Assembly: GCA_964574635.1 (NCBI GenBank)
Contig: CAZNOG010000009.1
Coordinates: 26,220 to 90,219, forward strand
Direction of reading: 5' to 3'
Length of the DNA: 64,000 bases
Source: an uncultured Cryomorphaceae bacterium
Lineage (GTDB): Bacteria > Bacteroidota > Bacteroidia > Flavobacteriales_D > Cryomorphaceae
The position numbers and the translations under genes are program-made. Shown here one piece after another: positions 27,116-36,804 of the stretch; position 1 is the stretch's first letter, and every line of letters begins with the position of its first letter. The notes beneath the pieces are model-generated. The model saw nothing but the letters and a program-made list of their open reading frames with translations, did no database searches and was not told where the DNA came from.

Positions 27116-28090
27116 ATGAAACATCTCTTGTTTGCGCTGTTGCCGGTGCTCCTCTGCGCCGCAAACCTGCACGCGCAAGTACCGACCGAGACCTTGACTG
27201 AAGAGGAGAGGCAAAAAATCCGGGATGCCGCGCTGGCGCAACCTTCCGACACGCTTTGGAACTTCGGCGGTAGCGTGGGTTTGAACTTCAACCAATCCTA
27301 CTTCTCCAACTGGGCGGCGGGAGGTCAAAACTCCGTGGCGGTAACGGCCATCAGCAGCCTCTTCGCCAAGTACCACAAAGGGCGAAACAGCTGGGAAACC
27401 ACGCTCGACGTGGCGTACGGAATCCTCAGCCAAGACAACGGCAGCCCGATCAAAACCGACGACCGCATCGACTTGACTTCCAAGTATGGATACGCACTCA
27501 GAAACCCCAACTGGTTCATGAGCGCCCTGTTCAACTTCAAAACCCAGTTCGACGAAGGGTACGTCATCGAAAACGGCGTGGAAGTGGGCGAGTTCACCTC
27601 CAACTTCATGTCGCCCGCGTACTCTATCGTCTCTCTCGGTATGGACTACAAACCCAACGACAAATTCTCCGCTTTCATTTCTCCGGTCACCGCAAAAATG
27701 ACCATCGTGAACGAAGATCGCCTCGCCACTTCCTACGGACTCGACGAGGGCGAGAATTTCCGCATGGAAGTCGGTGCATTCGCCAAAATCGCGTACCGAA
27801 ACGACATTTTCGAAAACGTGAACCTCGATACGCGACTCGACTTGTTTTCCAACTATTCCGAAAATCCGCAAAACGTCGACATCAATTGGCAAACCCTCAT
27901 CACCATGAAGATCAACAATTGGCTGTCGACCACTTTGACCACGCAAGTGATCTACGACGACGACGTAGTGATCGGAAAAGTCGACCCCGTACTCGCCGAA
28001 GACGGCACGGTGATCACCCCCGGCAAATCGGGGGGAGCAAGAACCCAATTCCGCGAAGTGTTCGCGCTGGGGTTGTCGTTCAATTTCTGA
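27116..28090 (+). CDS. DUF3078 outer-membrane beta-barrel protein
   Basis: Signal peptide; WNFGGSVGLNFNQSYFSNWAAGGQNS is typical of DUF3078; C-terminal ...LSFNF. Confidence 0.8.
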   Translation: MKHLLFALLPVLLCAANLHAQVPTETLTEEERQKIRDAALAQPSDTLWNFGGSVGLNFNQSYFSNWAAGGQNSVAVTAISSLFAKYHKGRNSWETTLDVAYGILSQDNGSPIKTDDRIDLTSKYGYALRNPNWFMSALFNFKTQFDEGYVIENGVEVGEFTSNFMSPAYSIVSLGMDYKPNDKFSAFISPVTAKMTIVNEDRLATSYGLDEGENFRMEVGAFAKIAYRNDIFENVNLDTRLDLFSNYSENPQNVDINWQTLITMKINNWLSTTLTTQVIYDDDVVIGKVDPVLAEDGTVITPGKSGGARTQFREVFALGLSFNF

Positions 28091-28116
28091 TCCCCGAGGG
28101 ACAATTCATACTTAGC

Positions 28117-28149
28117 AAGGCTTCATCTTCGGATGGAGCCTTGTTTTTT
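28117..28149 (+). terminator. rho-independent terminator after the DUF3078 gene
   Basis: Stem AAGGCTTCATC / GATGGAGCCTT (one G-U pair), TTCG loop, then GTTTTTT. Confidence 0.7.
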
Positions 28150-28174
28150 GCCCCTCACCGGCCGTGTTGAGAAC

Positions 28175-28190
28175 ACACCCACAAAAACCC
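28175..28190 (+). repeat. dispersed motif ACACCCACAAAAACCC, copy 2
   Basis: Exact 16-mer in a convergent intergenic region. Confidence 0.8.
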
Positions 28191-28224
28191 AAAACCCTAC
28201 ACCACCCCGGCATCCGAACCTTTT

Positions 28225-29664
28225 TCACCCCTCGTGGGAAACCATCAGGTCGGGGCTGAAATTGACCAAATACAGGCGCTCCGTGGCGCGCGTGACCGCC
28301 GTGTACAGCCACCGCACGTACTCGCCGGTGAGCATGTCGTCGGCGATGTAGCCCTGGTCCACGAACACGTGCCTCCACTGCCCGCCCTGGGCTTTGTGGC
28401 ACGTCACGGCGTGGGCGAATTTTACCTGCAGGGCGTTGTAAAAAGGATCTTTCGACATGGCCGTACGCACCGCCGTTTTGGTGGGAAGGTCGTTGTACGT
28501 GGCCAATGTGCCGCGGTACAAGCGCTCGGTGGCCTCGTCGGGCATGGACGGCCCGGGTGCATCGAGGGTGTCGAGCCACAACACCGTTTCCACCTCGGGC
28601 TCGTCGGGGTAATCGACCAAACGCACCGTGGCGTACGCGAACCGAATGCCGAAAACCTCCTCCCGCCGCCCGATGCGCATCACTTCCATCACGTCGCCGT
28701 TGGCGATGAATCCCGCGCGGCTACCCGGATCCAACCACGCGTAGTTGTTCTTCACCGACATGATCAAATCGCCGCCTTCGATCTCTTCTTCGCGGTAAAA
28801 CACGCGGGCGCGGATTTGTTTGTTGAACATATTGGCCCTCTTGTTGGACCGCGTGACCAGGATGGCGCCCTCCACGCCGGCGTCTGCAAAGGCGTCTTCG
28901 AGTTTTTCCTGCAGCTCCCCGCCGCTCACCATCTCCACATCGGTTTGGGCCGGCACCACGAATGGCAAGGCATCGCGGACATTCCGCACCGACAGCGCAC
29001 TGCGCACGGTGGTGGCCAGCGCCAAAATACCCGAATCAAAACCCTGACGCGTCACGTCGGTCAACTCGGTCATCGCCCCCGTCACGTGGTATCGCCCCTG
29101 CAAATACGCCAGGTTCAGCGCCGGCCCCAAATCGCTGCCCACCGGCGGCAACTGCGCGTCGTCGCCGATCAGCAGCAATCGGCACCCCGGCCCTTCAAAC
29201 ACGAATTGAAACAAGTCGTCCAACAGACTCCCACCCCGCCCCACACGGTCGCCCACGCCGATCATCGAAGCCTCATCCACCACGAACACAGTGTTTTTCC
29301 GCTTGTTTTCGGCCCGCATAAACACAAATTCACCCGATTCTCCGCGCCCCGTGCGGTAAATCCGTTTGTGAATGGTAAAAGCCCGGCGAGAAGTGTACGA
29401 TCCCAGTACTTTGGCCGCGCGGCCGGTCGGCGCCAGCAGTTCGTAGCCCACGCCCAGTTGCTCCAAAGTTTTCACCAGGGCGTTCACCGACGTCGTTTTA
29501 CCCGTTCCTGCGTAGCCCTTGATTATCAGCGCACTGTTCGGCATCGAGCTGCCCAAAAATCTCCCCAGCACGTACAGCATCCGGTCCTGCGACGGCGTAG
29601 GCGTCAGCGAAAAATTCACGCGCAGTTGCTCCTCGAAATTCCCGGCGGTACCCCTCGAACTCAT
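28225..29664 (-). CDS. RecD/TraA-like superfamily I DNA helicase
   Basis: Walker A motif GYAGTGKTT, DEASM, and a C-terminal AVTCHKAQGGQW (UvrD_C_2-like). An alternative start at 29715 is possible. The antisense 507-aa ORF is discounted. Confidence 0.8.
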   Translation of the reverse strand: MSSRGTAGNFEEQLRVNFSLTPTPSQDRMLYVLGRFLGSSMPNSALIIKGYAGTGKTTSVNALVKTLEQLGVGYELLAPTGRAAKVLGSYTSRRAFTIHKRIYRTGRGESGEFVFMRAENKRKNTVFVVDEASMIGVGDRVGRGGSLLDDLFQFVFEGPGCRLLLIGDDAQLPPVGSDLGPALNLAYLQGRYHVTGAMTELTDVTRQGFDSGILALATTVRSALSVRNVRDALPFVVPAQTDVEMVSGGELQEKLEDAFADAGVEGAILVTRSNKRANMFNKQIRARVFYREEEIEGGDLIMSVKNNYAWLDPGSRAGFIANGDVMEVMRIGRREEVFGIRFAYATVRLVDYPDEPEVETVLWLDTLDAPGPSMPDEATERLYRGTLATYNDLPTKTAVRTAMSKDPFYNALQVKFAHAVTCHKAQGGQWRHVFVDQGYIADDMLTGEYVRWLYTAVTRATERLYLVNFSPDLMVSHEG

Positions 29665-30123
29665 GGCCGCCAAAGTTCGCCGTTTTCCGCCATCCCCGAA
29701 ATCTCCGGTTTTCAAACTTTTCCTTTTCGGGGGGCGCCCCTATGCTTTTATGGATGATCTCACTCGTCTACGGCACCTTTTTTCCGCCTTCCGTTTTCGG
29801 CGGCGATTTCCGTAGGGTCGGGCCATCCGCTATAGCTGCCCTCGGCAAAAACGGGCGTCCGCATGTGGGTGCGGGGCTTCGCCTGTCGCCGCGCACCCAC
29901 GGCGGTCGCCACGTGTTGCCGGGGGCAGGCTGCCGCTTCTGTCCCTCGCCCGTCGCCCACCTCGTCCAGAACCAAAACAATCGCAGGTATTTCACGGTTC
30001 TTCACAGCGGTTCGCACAAGGGATTCGCAACGTGCAGACAAGGGTGGTGCAAATCGGTCTTTTTCGGCTCAGCGTCGAATAAAAAAAATTGTAGTTTTGC
30101 TCCCTCTCGAAAAGCCAGAATCC

Positions 30124-30933
30124 ATGCAAAACATTGGTCGGATATTCAATAAGTATTTGTTTCCATTCATCCTGTTCGTAATCGGGATGCTCTTGGTTTT
30201 TGCCTCCGGCGAGCAAACGAATTTGTTTTTGTACGGCGGGATCGCCATTGCCTTGTCGGGTGTACTTGCCGCCCTGTTCGTCGGCCGCGTTCTCAGCCGC
30301 CCCGTCACCATCGCAATCGGTGTCATCGCGGGAATCGGCGCCGTATTCTTCGGATTCAAAGATTACGACGTCATCGACCAAGAACTGAAGTACACGAAAA
30401 AGCGCCAGGTGGTGAGCGAGGCCGTCATCCAGCGCCTGAAAGACATCAGGGAAGCCCAGATCGCCTACGAAAGGGAAAAAGGAAAATACGCCGAGACTTT
30501 CGATTCACTCATCGATTTCATCAAGTACGGCAACATCACGCTGATCAAACGCCTCGGGTCTCTCCCCGATACCGTGGTAAGCGAGGAGGAAGCTATGGAA
30601 CTCGGCATCATCAGCCCCATGCCCGAGGGCATGACCGACGCCGAAGTGATCAGCAGCGGACTCATCGTGCGCGACACCATAGAGGTGGATGTGGAATCGT
30701 ACGTGTACAACGACAGCTACATGGCCAAGCACAAAACGAAATTGTATGTGGACAGCCTGCCTTACGTGCCGTATTCGGACCACATGTTCGAAATGAAAAC
30801 CGACATGATCTCGGCCGGTGGGGTGCAGCGACCCGTCATTTTGGTTAGAGACCCCAAACCTTTCGACGAAAAAGACGCCTATGAATTCGGCTCACTGACC
30901 AATGCCTCAACGAGTGGAAACTGGAGCGAATAA
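30124..30933 (+). CDS. conserved membrane-anchored hypothetical protein
   Basis: Start taken at MQNIGRIFNKYLF. Has three N-terminal TM helices followed by a soluble domain. The upstream part of the ORF is Arg/Ala-rich and non-protein-like. Confidence 0.6.
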   Translation: MQNIGRIFNKYLFPFILFVIGMLLVFASGEQTNLFLYGGIAIALSGVLAALFVGRVLSRPVTIAIGVIAGIGAVFFGFKDYDVIDQELKYTKKRQVVSEAVIQRLKDIREAQIAYEREKGKYAETFDSLIDFIKYGNITLIKRLGSLPDTVVSEEEAMELGIISPMPEGMTDAEVISSGLIVRDTIEVDVESYVYNDSYMAKHKTKLYVDSLPYVPYSDHMFEMKTDMISAGGVQRPVILVRDPKPFDEKDAYEFGSLTNASTSGNWSE

Positions 30934-31735
30934 ATTCCCGCCGGAGCCATTCACTTTCCTGAGGGGAAACGGCGATAAAAACCAAATACATTCCGTCGGG
31001 CTCATTTTTGAGCCCGATTTTTTTACCCTCTACGCGTACGCCGACCGCAAAGGCCGCGAAACCATCGGATTTTCCACCCTCCCGAACGACGCCGACCCGC
31101 CGCCCCCCTTCTCCGCCGAACCCCTGTACGCCTTCGCCTTCACACCGGAATGGACCCTCGTGCCCCGCGCCACCTTCCATCCCGAAGACGCCAAAGACCA
31201 CCTGATTTTCAATACCGCCGCCACGGCAAAGGACGAGGCGGCGTACGACGTGCTTCCCCTCCTCGACACGGTGGTGGTGTACCGCAAAAACCCGGCGGCG
31301 GAACAAACCTTGGATAAAATCCATCCCGGTTTGCGCATGAAACACTTGGCCACCGCCGCCCTCGACTTGATGTTCCGCTCGACGAAAAGCCGTTCCGAAC
31401 CCTTCCTGTGGATTCACCTCGTAGGTCGTCACGCCATGGTCGCCGTAGGACGCGACGGGTCTCCCATCCTTGCCAACACCGTTGAAACCACCCACCCTTC
31501 CGACTTGGAATTCTTCGTCCTCTTCGCCGCAAAACAACTCGGACTGGACATGCATACCGACCTCTATCTCACCGGACAATCCAAAAACCAAGACCAAATA
31601 TCGGCCCTGCTCAAACGCCACTTCCGAATCCACCCCCCACCCCTGCCCCCCGGGTCGGAATCGAACGAGCCCGTCGAACAAACGCTCTCCATCAAACATT
31701 TTATAGGGTTATTCGCTCCGGCATGCGCATCATAG
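30902..31735 (+). CDS. DUF3822-like protein
   Basis: 277-aa ORF immediately upstream of, and overlapping, rsmD. This position is typical of DUF3822 in Bacteroidota. The assignment rests on context and length. Confidence 0.5.
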   Translation: MPQRVETGANKFPPEPFTFLRGNGDKNQIHSVGLIFEPDFFTLYAYADRKGRETIGFSTLPNDADPPPPFSAEPLYAFAFTPEWTLVPRATFHPEDAKDHLIFNTAATAKDEAAYDVLPLLDTVVVYRKNPAAEQTLDKIHPGLRMKHLATAALDLMFRSTKSRSEPFLWIHLVGRHAMVAVGRDGSPILANTVETTHPSDLEFFVLFAAKQLGLDMHTDLYLTGQSKNQDQISALLKRHFRIHPPPLPPGSESNEPVEQTLSIKHFIGLFAPACAS

Positions 31736-32286
31736 CAGGAAAGTTCAAAGGGCGCAAACTCCGCCCACCACGGAATCTGGACGCCCGTCCTACCACCGAC
31801 ATGGCGCGGGAAGGGCTGTTCAACGTACTGCGCGAGAGGTTTCCGATCGAAAACGGCGCGGTGCTCGACCTGTTCTTCGGCTCGGGAGCCGTGGCTCTCG
31901 AGTTCGTAAGCCGCGGTGCGGGTGAGGTCACCGCCGTCGATATCCGCCTCACGTCCAAAAAATTTCTCGAAACCATCGCACGGGAGTGGGAAATCGACAA
32001 CCTCAAAGTCGTAAAAGCCGACGTGTTCAAACTCATCGCCAGGGCCAAAGGCCGGTTCGACATCGTCTTCGCCGACCCGCCCTACGATTTGGACCGCCTC
32101 GGCGACCTGCCCGATTTGGCCCTCGCATCACAATGGTTGGAACAAGGCGGCGTTTTTATTCTCGAACACGGCGCGGCGCACGATTTTTCCGACCACCCCG
32201 CGTTGATCCTCCACAAGAAATTCGGTCACGTGCACTTCAGCTTCTTCCGAAATCCCCAAGGCGAAGGCGCGGCGACAGATGGATAA
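31723..32286 (+). CDS. rsmD: 16S rRNA (guanine966-N2)-methyltransferase
   Basis: MRIIAGKFKGRKL..P....RPT.D..REGLFN and the DPPY motif (FADPPYD). Confidence 0.9.
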   Translation: MRIIAGKFKGRKLRPPRNLDARPTTDMAREGLFNVLRERFPIENGAVLDLFFGSGAVALEFVSRGAGEVTAVDIRLTSKKFLETIAREWEIDNLKVVKADVFKLIARAKGRFDIVFADPPYDLDRLGDLPDLALASQWLEQGGVFILEHGAAHDFSDHPALILHKKFGHVHFSFFRNPQGEGAATDG

Positions 32287-32908
32287 AACCCTAATTTTGA
32301 CAAAAAGGAAAGTGAAAGACAAAATCACACAGCTCATCGCCAAGGAAATCGAAGCGATTCAAAACATCCCCATCGAAGGCGACGTGGAAAAAGCCGTGGA
32401 ATTGATCTACGAACAGGTGCACCGCAAGGGAGGGAAGGTCATCGTAAGCGGCATGGGCAAAGCCGGTCAAATCGGAATCAACATCTCCACCACGCTGAGC
32501 AGCACGGGCACTCCGGCTGTATTCATCCACCCGGCCGAGGCACAGCACGGCGATTTGGGCGTGATACAACAAAACGACATTTTGCTGGCCATTTCCAACA
32601 GCGGCAAAACCCGGGAAGTCATCGAGTTGGAATACCTGGCCCGCAACCTTTGCCCCGGGATGAAAATGATCGTGCTGACGGGAAAAAAGGAATCCGACTT
32701 GGCCCGAAAAGCCGACGTGGTGTTGTGGACCGGCGGTCCGGAAGAAATTTGCCCCCTGGGGCTCACCCCCACCACCTCCACCACCGTGATGACCGTGGCC
32801 GGGGATATCCTCGTCGTCCTCCTCATGGAAAAGACGGGGTTTACCAAAGAAGAATACGCCAAACGCCACCACAGCGGCTACCTCGGCGATAAAGCCCGCA
32901 TGAAATGA
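32279..32908 (+). CDS. SIS-domain sugar isomerase (KpsF/KdsD-like arabinose-5-phosphate isomerase lacking CBS domains)
   Basis: GKVIVSGMGKAGQIG...ISNSGKT.E. SIS motifs; only 209 aa. Overlaps kdsA by 4 nt. Confidence 0.75.
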   Translation: MDKTLILTKRKVKDKITQLIAKEIEAIQNIPIEGDVEKAVELIYEQVHRKGGKVIVSGMGKAGQIGINISTTLSSTGTPAVFIHPAEAQHGDLGVIQQNDILLAISNSGKTREVIELEYLARNLCPGMKMIVLTGKKESDLARKADVVLWTGGPEEICPLGLTPTTSTTVMTVAGDILVVLLMEKTGFTKEEYAKRHHSGYLGDKARMK

Positions 32909-33684
32909 AGGAGTTTTTCATCATCGCCGGCCCTTGCGCCATCGAAGAGCGCGAAACCGCATTTTTCATCGCCGAAGAGGTGAAGAAAATTTGCGATCGC
33001 CTCGGCATCCGCATGATTTTCAAAGGGAGCTACGAGAAGGCCAACCGCAGCCGACTGGACAGTTTCACCGGCATGGACAAGTGGGAAGCGCTCAAAATCC
33101 TGAAGGAAGTCGCCGATAAATTCGGTGTGGAAAACATCACCGACATCCACGAGAGCAACGAGCCTGCGGAAATCGCCCCCTACGTCACGCACTTGCAAAT
33201 TCCCGCCTTCCTCAGCAGGCAGACGAGACTTTTGCTCGCCGCGGCGGAAACGGGACTGACCGTCAACATCAAAAAAGGCCAATTCCTCAGCCCCGAAGCC
33301 ATGCGCTTCGCCGTGGAAAAAGTCCGATCGGTGGGCAACGACAAGGTGTGGGTCTGCGAACGGGGCACCACCTTCGGGTACAACGACTTGATCGTCGACG
33401 CCACCAGCATCGCCCGCATGAAGAAAATCGGCGTGCCCGTGGTGATGGACTGCACCCATAGCGTGCAAAAACCCAATCAAACCGAAGGCGTCACCGGGGG
33501 CAACCCCGAAATGATCGAAGCCATCGCCCTCTCGGCCGTGGCCACCGGAGCGGACGGGCTGTTTTTGGAAGTCCATCCCGAACCACACAAGGCCCAAAGC
33601 GACCCACACACCATGTTGCGCCTCGACCGCTTGGCACCGATTTTGGAAAAATGCATGAAAATCAGAAAAGCCCTGAACGAATGA
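32905..33684 (+). CDS. kdsA: 3-deoxy-8-phosphooctulonate synthase
   Basis: IAGPCAIE...FKGSYEKANRS...LQIPAFLSRQT.LL...NIKKGQFLSP, typical of KdsA. Confidence 0.93.
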   Translation: MKEFFIIAGPCAIEERETAFFIAEEVKKICDRLGIRMIFKGSYEKANRSRLDSFTGMDKWEALKILKEVADKFGVENITDIHESNEPAEIAPYVTHLQIPAFLSRQTRLLLAAAETGLTVNIKKGQFLSPEAMRFAVEKVRSVGNDKVWVCERGTTFGYNDLIVDATSIARMKKIGVPVVMDCTHSVQKPNQTEGVTGGNPEMIEAIALSAVATGADGLFLEVHPEPHKAQSDPHTMLRLDRLAPILEKCMKIRKALNE

Positions 33685-34151
33685 GCCGAATCGCAGTCTT
33701 TCCGGGAACCTTCGACCCCATTACCAAAGGACACGAAGACATCGTGAACCGCGCACTTCCCCTTTTCGATAAAATCATCGTCGCCGTGGGCGTGAACGCC
33801 GCTAAGAAAACCATGTTCACCCTCGAACAGCGCAAAAAATGGATCGCGGAAACCTTCGCCCACTCCGAAAAGGTGGAGGTCAAAGACTACCAAGGGCTCA
33901 CCGCCGACTTCTGCGTGAAGGAAAACGCGGGGTTCATCCTCCGTGGCATCCGCGACGCAGGCGACTTCCGCTTCGAGCGACCCATCGCACAGATGAACCG
34001 GAAGATCGTGTCGGGCCTGGAAACGGTTGTCCTCATCACCGCGCCGGAATTCGCACCCTACAGCTCCACCATCGTACGCGACATCCACCGCAACGGCGGG
34101 GACGTCAGCCAATTCGTACCCGAGAACGTACGCCTCCATGAAGCGGATTGA
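33681..34151 (+). CDS. coaD: pantetheine-phosphate adenylyltransferase
   Basis: MSRIAVFPGTFDPITKGHEDIV...; ATGA overlap with kdsA. Confidence 0.93.
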   Translation: MSRIAVFPGTFDPITKGHEDIVNRALPLFDKIIVAVGVNAAKKTMFTLEQRKKWIAETFAHSEKVEVKDYQGLTADFCVKENAGFILRGIRDAGDFRFERPIAQMNRKIVSGLETVVLITAPEFAPYSSTIVRDIHRNGGDVSQFVPENVRLHEAD

Positions 34152-35541
34152 CGCCTTCCGGCTTCTTTTGATTTCGGCCCTCCTCCTGCCCCTCGGATAC
34201 ACCCTGTGCGCGCAGAGCGACGCACGACCCGTAACCATAGAAGGTAGCGCACCGGAATGGGCCGGCGAAGTGATTCGCCTCGTCGCGTGGACCGACCCCA
34301 TATCCCGCACCGAAAAAACCTTGGCCGAAGACACCTTGTCGGCCGAAGGCGAATTCTCGCTTCGGTTCACCATCGACACCCCAGGTCGGTTCTTCCTGGT
34401 CGTACGTCGTTTCCGCGCGCTGCTGTACGCCGCCCCCGGCGGAGAGTACCGCGTCGCTATCCCCTCCCACCCTCTCCACGCCCGCATGCCGTCTTGGCAA
34501 CCGGGAGAATTCGAGTATTTCTTCATCGACCTCCCCGACGACGACGTCAACACCTATATCCACCGCATCGATTCCCTGCACTACGGCTTCTTCTTGAATT
34601 ACGTGGAAAGGGCCGGATTTTCGGGCATCCGTCGGGGGGTGCTCGAATTCGAAGAAGACATCCTTAACGACCACGCTAGCGGCGAATACGGCGCCGGACC
34701 CTTCGTCGACACCTATTTCGTATACTCCTTGGCCACGACCAAGATGCTGGCGCGTTTCCCAAAAAAAGAACTCTTCTCCCAATACATCCAAAACAGACCA
34801 TTCGCGCCGTCCCACCCCATGTGGTACTCCTTTTTCGACGCGCTGTTCGCCGATTATTTCCAGTCCTACGACGTTCGGTTCGGAGGAGAGAACATCGCAA
34901 ACCGATTGCGGAGGGGCTTAACGCCGGAAGGTCTCGATTCACTGCTTCGAAAAGACGATTTCCTGCAAAACGACACCCTCCGCCAGTTGGTCACACTCAA
35001 ATCCGTCAACGAATCCTTCTTCGGCAAAAGCTTTCCGAAACCGGCCCTCATTTCGGTTGTCGAGTACATTCACCGACATCCCGCGGATTCGTACATCGAA
35101 AAAGTGGCGGAATTGCTGCTGCGGAAGATGAAGCGCAACCACCCGTCCCCCGCGGAATTGCTGCAGGCCGTTGGAATGGAAAACCACCCGCGGGATACTT
35201 CCAAAGCGGCGGTATTCATGATTTCGGCTTCGTGGAGCACGGCGAGCCAAAACGAAAGTGCCGTACTCGAAAAGTTGGTGGAGAAATACCCCGAATCCTT
35301 GGAGGTCGTGGAAATTTCCATCGACGGTGAGAAGTCCGCTTCTTGGCCGGTGGCCATACCCGCCGATACGTACGCTTTCTTGGAAAACTTTCAGGTGTAC
35401 GCCCTGCCGGTATTCTACTACGTTCCGCCTGGAAGCGACGTATTGCAGGAAATCCCCAGGCCCAGCGAGGGGTTGGAATCCAAATTGTACTCGATCAAAG
35501 TCAAGAGAGAGTCGCGAAACAAAATACGGGTGGGTCAGTAA
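34138..35541 (+). CDS. secreted hypothetical protein with C-terminal TlpA-like thioredoxin fold lacking the CxxC
   Basis: Start taken at MKRIDAFRLLLISALLLPLG (signal peptide). The C-terminal FMISASWSTASQNE aligns to the FWASWCxPC pattern with both Cys replaced by Ser. Confidence 0.6.
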   Translation: MKRIDAFRLLLISALLLPLGYTLCAQSDARPVTIEGSAPEWAGEVIRLVAWTDPISRTEKTLAEDTLSAEGEFSLRFTIDTPGRFFLVVRRFRALLYAAPGGEYRVAIPSHPLHARMPSWQPGEFEYFFIDLPDDDVNTYIHRIDSLHYGFFLNYVERAGFSGIRRGVLEFEEDILNDHASGEYGAGPFVDTYFVYSLATTKMLARFPKKELFSQYIQNRPFAPSHPMWYSFFDALFADYFQSYDVRFGGENIANRLRRGLTPEGLDSLLRKDDFLQNDTLRQLVTLKSVNESFFGKSFPKPALISVVEYIHRHPADSYIEKVAELLLRKMKRNHPSPAELLQAVGMENHPRDTSKAAVFMISASWSTASQNESAVLEKLVEKYPESLEVVEISIDGEKSASWPVAIPADTYAFLENFQVYALPVFYYVPPGSDVLQEIPRPSEGLESKLYSIKVKRESRNKIRVGQ

Positions 35542-36155
35542 ACACCCCGCCTCAGCGCGGCGTTGAGCGCGATGCGGATGTTGGCGTACGTATCCAATCC
35601 GACGGTATCCAGCGTTTTCAGGGGCACCCATTCCGCCTTCAGGATGTCCTCTTCGGCTTGGGGCGTAAGTTCGGCCTTGGGTGCGTACATGGCGTACCAG
35701 TGCGTTCTCTTGAGAATCCGCTTGCCGTCTTCGTCGTACACGTGGTAGGTGTGGAGGAGAAAATCGTCGATTTCGGGCGGTGGAATTCCGCATTCTTCCG
35801 ACACCTCCCTCACGGCCGCCTCCCGTGGCGACTCACCGGGATCCAACTTGCCTTTGGGCAAATCCCACTTGCCCCGGCGGTGGATGAGCAACACCTCCTT
35901 CTCGGGGTTGATTACCACGCCGCCGGCGGCATCGATCTCCGTAAAGTGGGCGCGAAAATCGTTGTACAGCGATTCGAGGTCTTCGTGTTGAATTACCACG
36001 GTGTGCAATTCTTCGGAGTGTTGCAGCAGTTCCAATACGAAATGCAGTTCTTCAAAATCGTCGTATTGGAGGTAGATGAAGTGGTCTTTTCCGGATTCAA
36101 TATCGTACCCGGTCGAAAGGATGATTTTCTTTTCGCCTATAAAAACTTCATACAT
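35535..36155 (-). CDS. NUDIX hydrolase
   Basis: Nudix box GKLDPGESPREAAVREVSEECGI. Start at MYEVFIG (36155) or MVQM (36164). Confidence 0.8.
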   Translation of the reverse strand: MYEVFIGEKKIILSTGYDIESGKDHFIYLQYDDFEELHFVLELLQHSEELHTVVIQHEDLESLYNDFRAHFTEIDAAGGVVINPEKEVLLIHRRGKWDLPKGKLDPGESPREAAVREVSEECGIPPPEIDDFLLHTYHVYDEDGKRILKRTHWYAMYAPKAELTPQAEEDILKAEWVPLKTLDTVGLDTYANIRIALNAALRRGVY

Positions 36156-36162
36156 TTGCACC

Positions 36163-36804
36163 ATGCATTCACCTCGCGATTCGGGTCTAAAAATAGCGGA
36201 ATTACTCCTTAATATCCAAGCGGTAAAAATAAATCCCGAACAACCTTTTCGATGGGCGAGCGGTTGGCATTCGCCCATCTATTGCGACAACCGACTCACG
36301 CTGTCTCATCCCGAAGTGCGCACCGCCATCCGCGATGCCTTCGTGGAGCGCATTGGAGACTCGTTCGGCACGCCCGACGCGATCGCAGGAGTGGCCACCG
36401 GGGCCATTGCACACGGGACATTGGTGGCCGACGCCATGAACCTGCCCTTCGTGTACGTCCGCTCCCAAGCCAAGGGCCACGGACTCGGAAACCGCATCGA
36501 AGGACGCATCGAAGCGGGGCGGAAAGTGGTGGTGCTCGAAGACTTGGTCTCCACAGGTGGGAGCAGCCTCTCGGCGGTTCAAGCCCTGCGCGACGCGGGA
36601 GTCGAAGTGTTGGGCATGGCCGCGATTTTCACCTACGGGTTCGACGTGGCTCGTCGCAATTTCGAAGCCGAAGACTGCAAACTCGTCACGCTCACCGATT
36701 ACAATCAACTGCTCACCGTAGCGACCCACCAAAAGAAAATTCGAAGCGAAGACCTCGAATCCCTCCGCGCTTGGAGACACTCACCCGAAACCTGGGGTAC
36801 ATGA
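36163..36804 (+). CDS. pyrE: orotate phosphoribosyltransferase
   Basis: PFRWASGWHSPIYCDNR and the PRPP motif VVVLEDLVSTGGS. Start at MHSPRD. Confidence 0.92.
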   Translation: MHSPRDSGLKIAELLLNIQAVKINPEQPFRWASGWHSPIYCDNRLTLSHPEVRTAIRDAFVERIGDSFGTPDAIAGVATGAIAHGTLVADAMNLPFVYVRSQAKGHGLGNRIEGRIEAGRKVVVLEDLVSTGGSSLSAVQALRDAGVEVLGMAAIFTYGFDVARRNFEAEDCKLVTLTDYNQLLTVATHQKKIRSEDLESLRAWRHSPETWGT

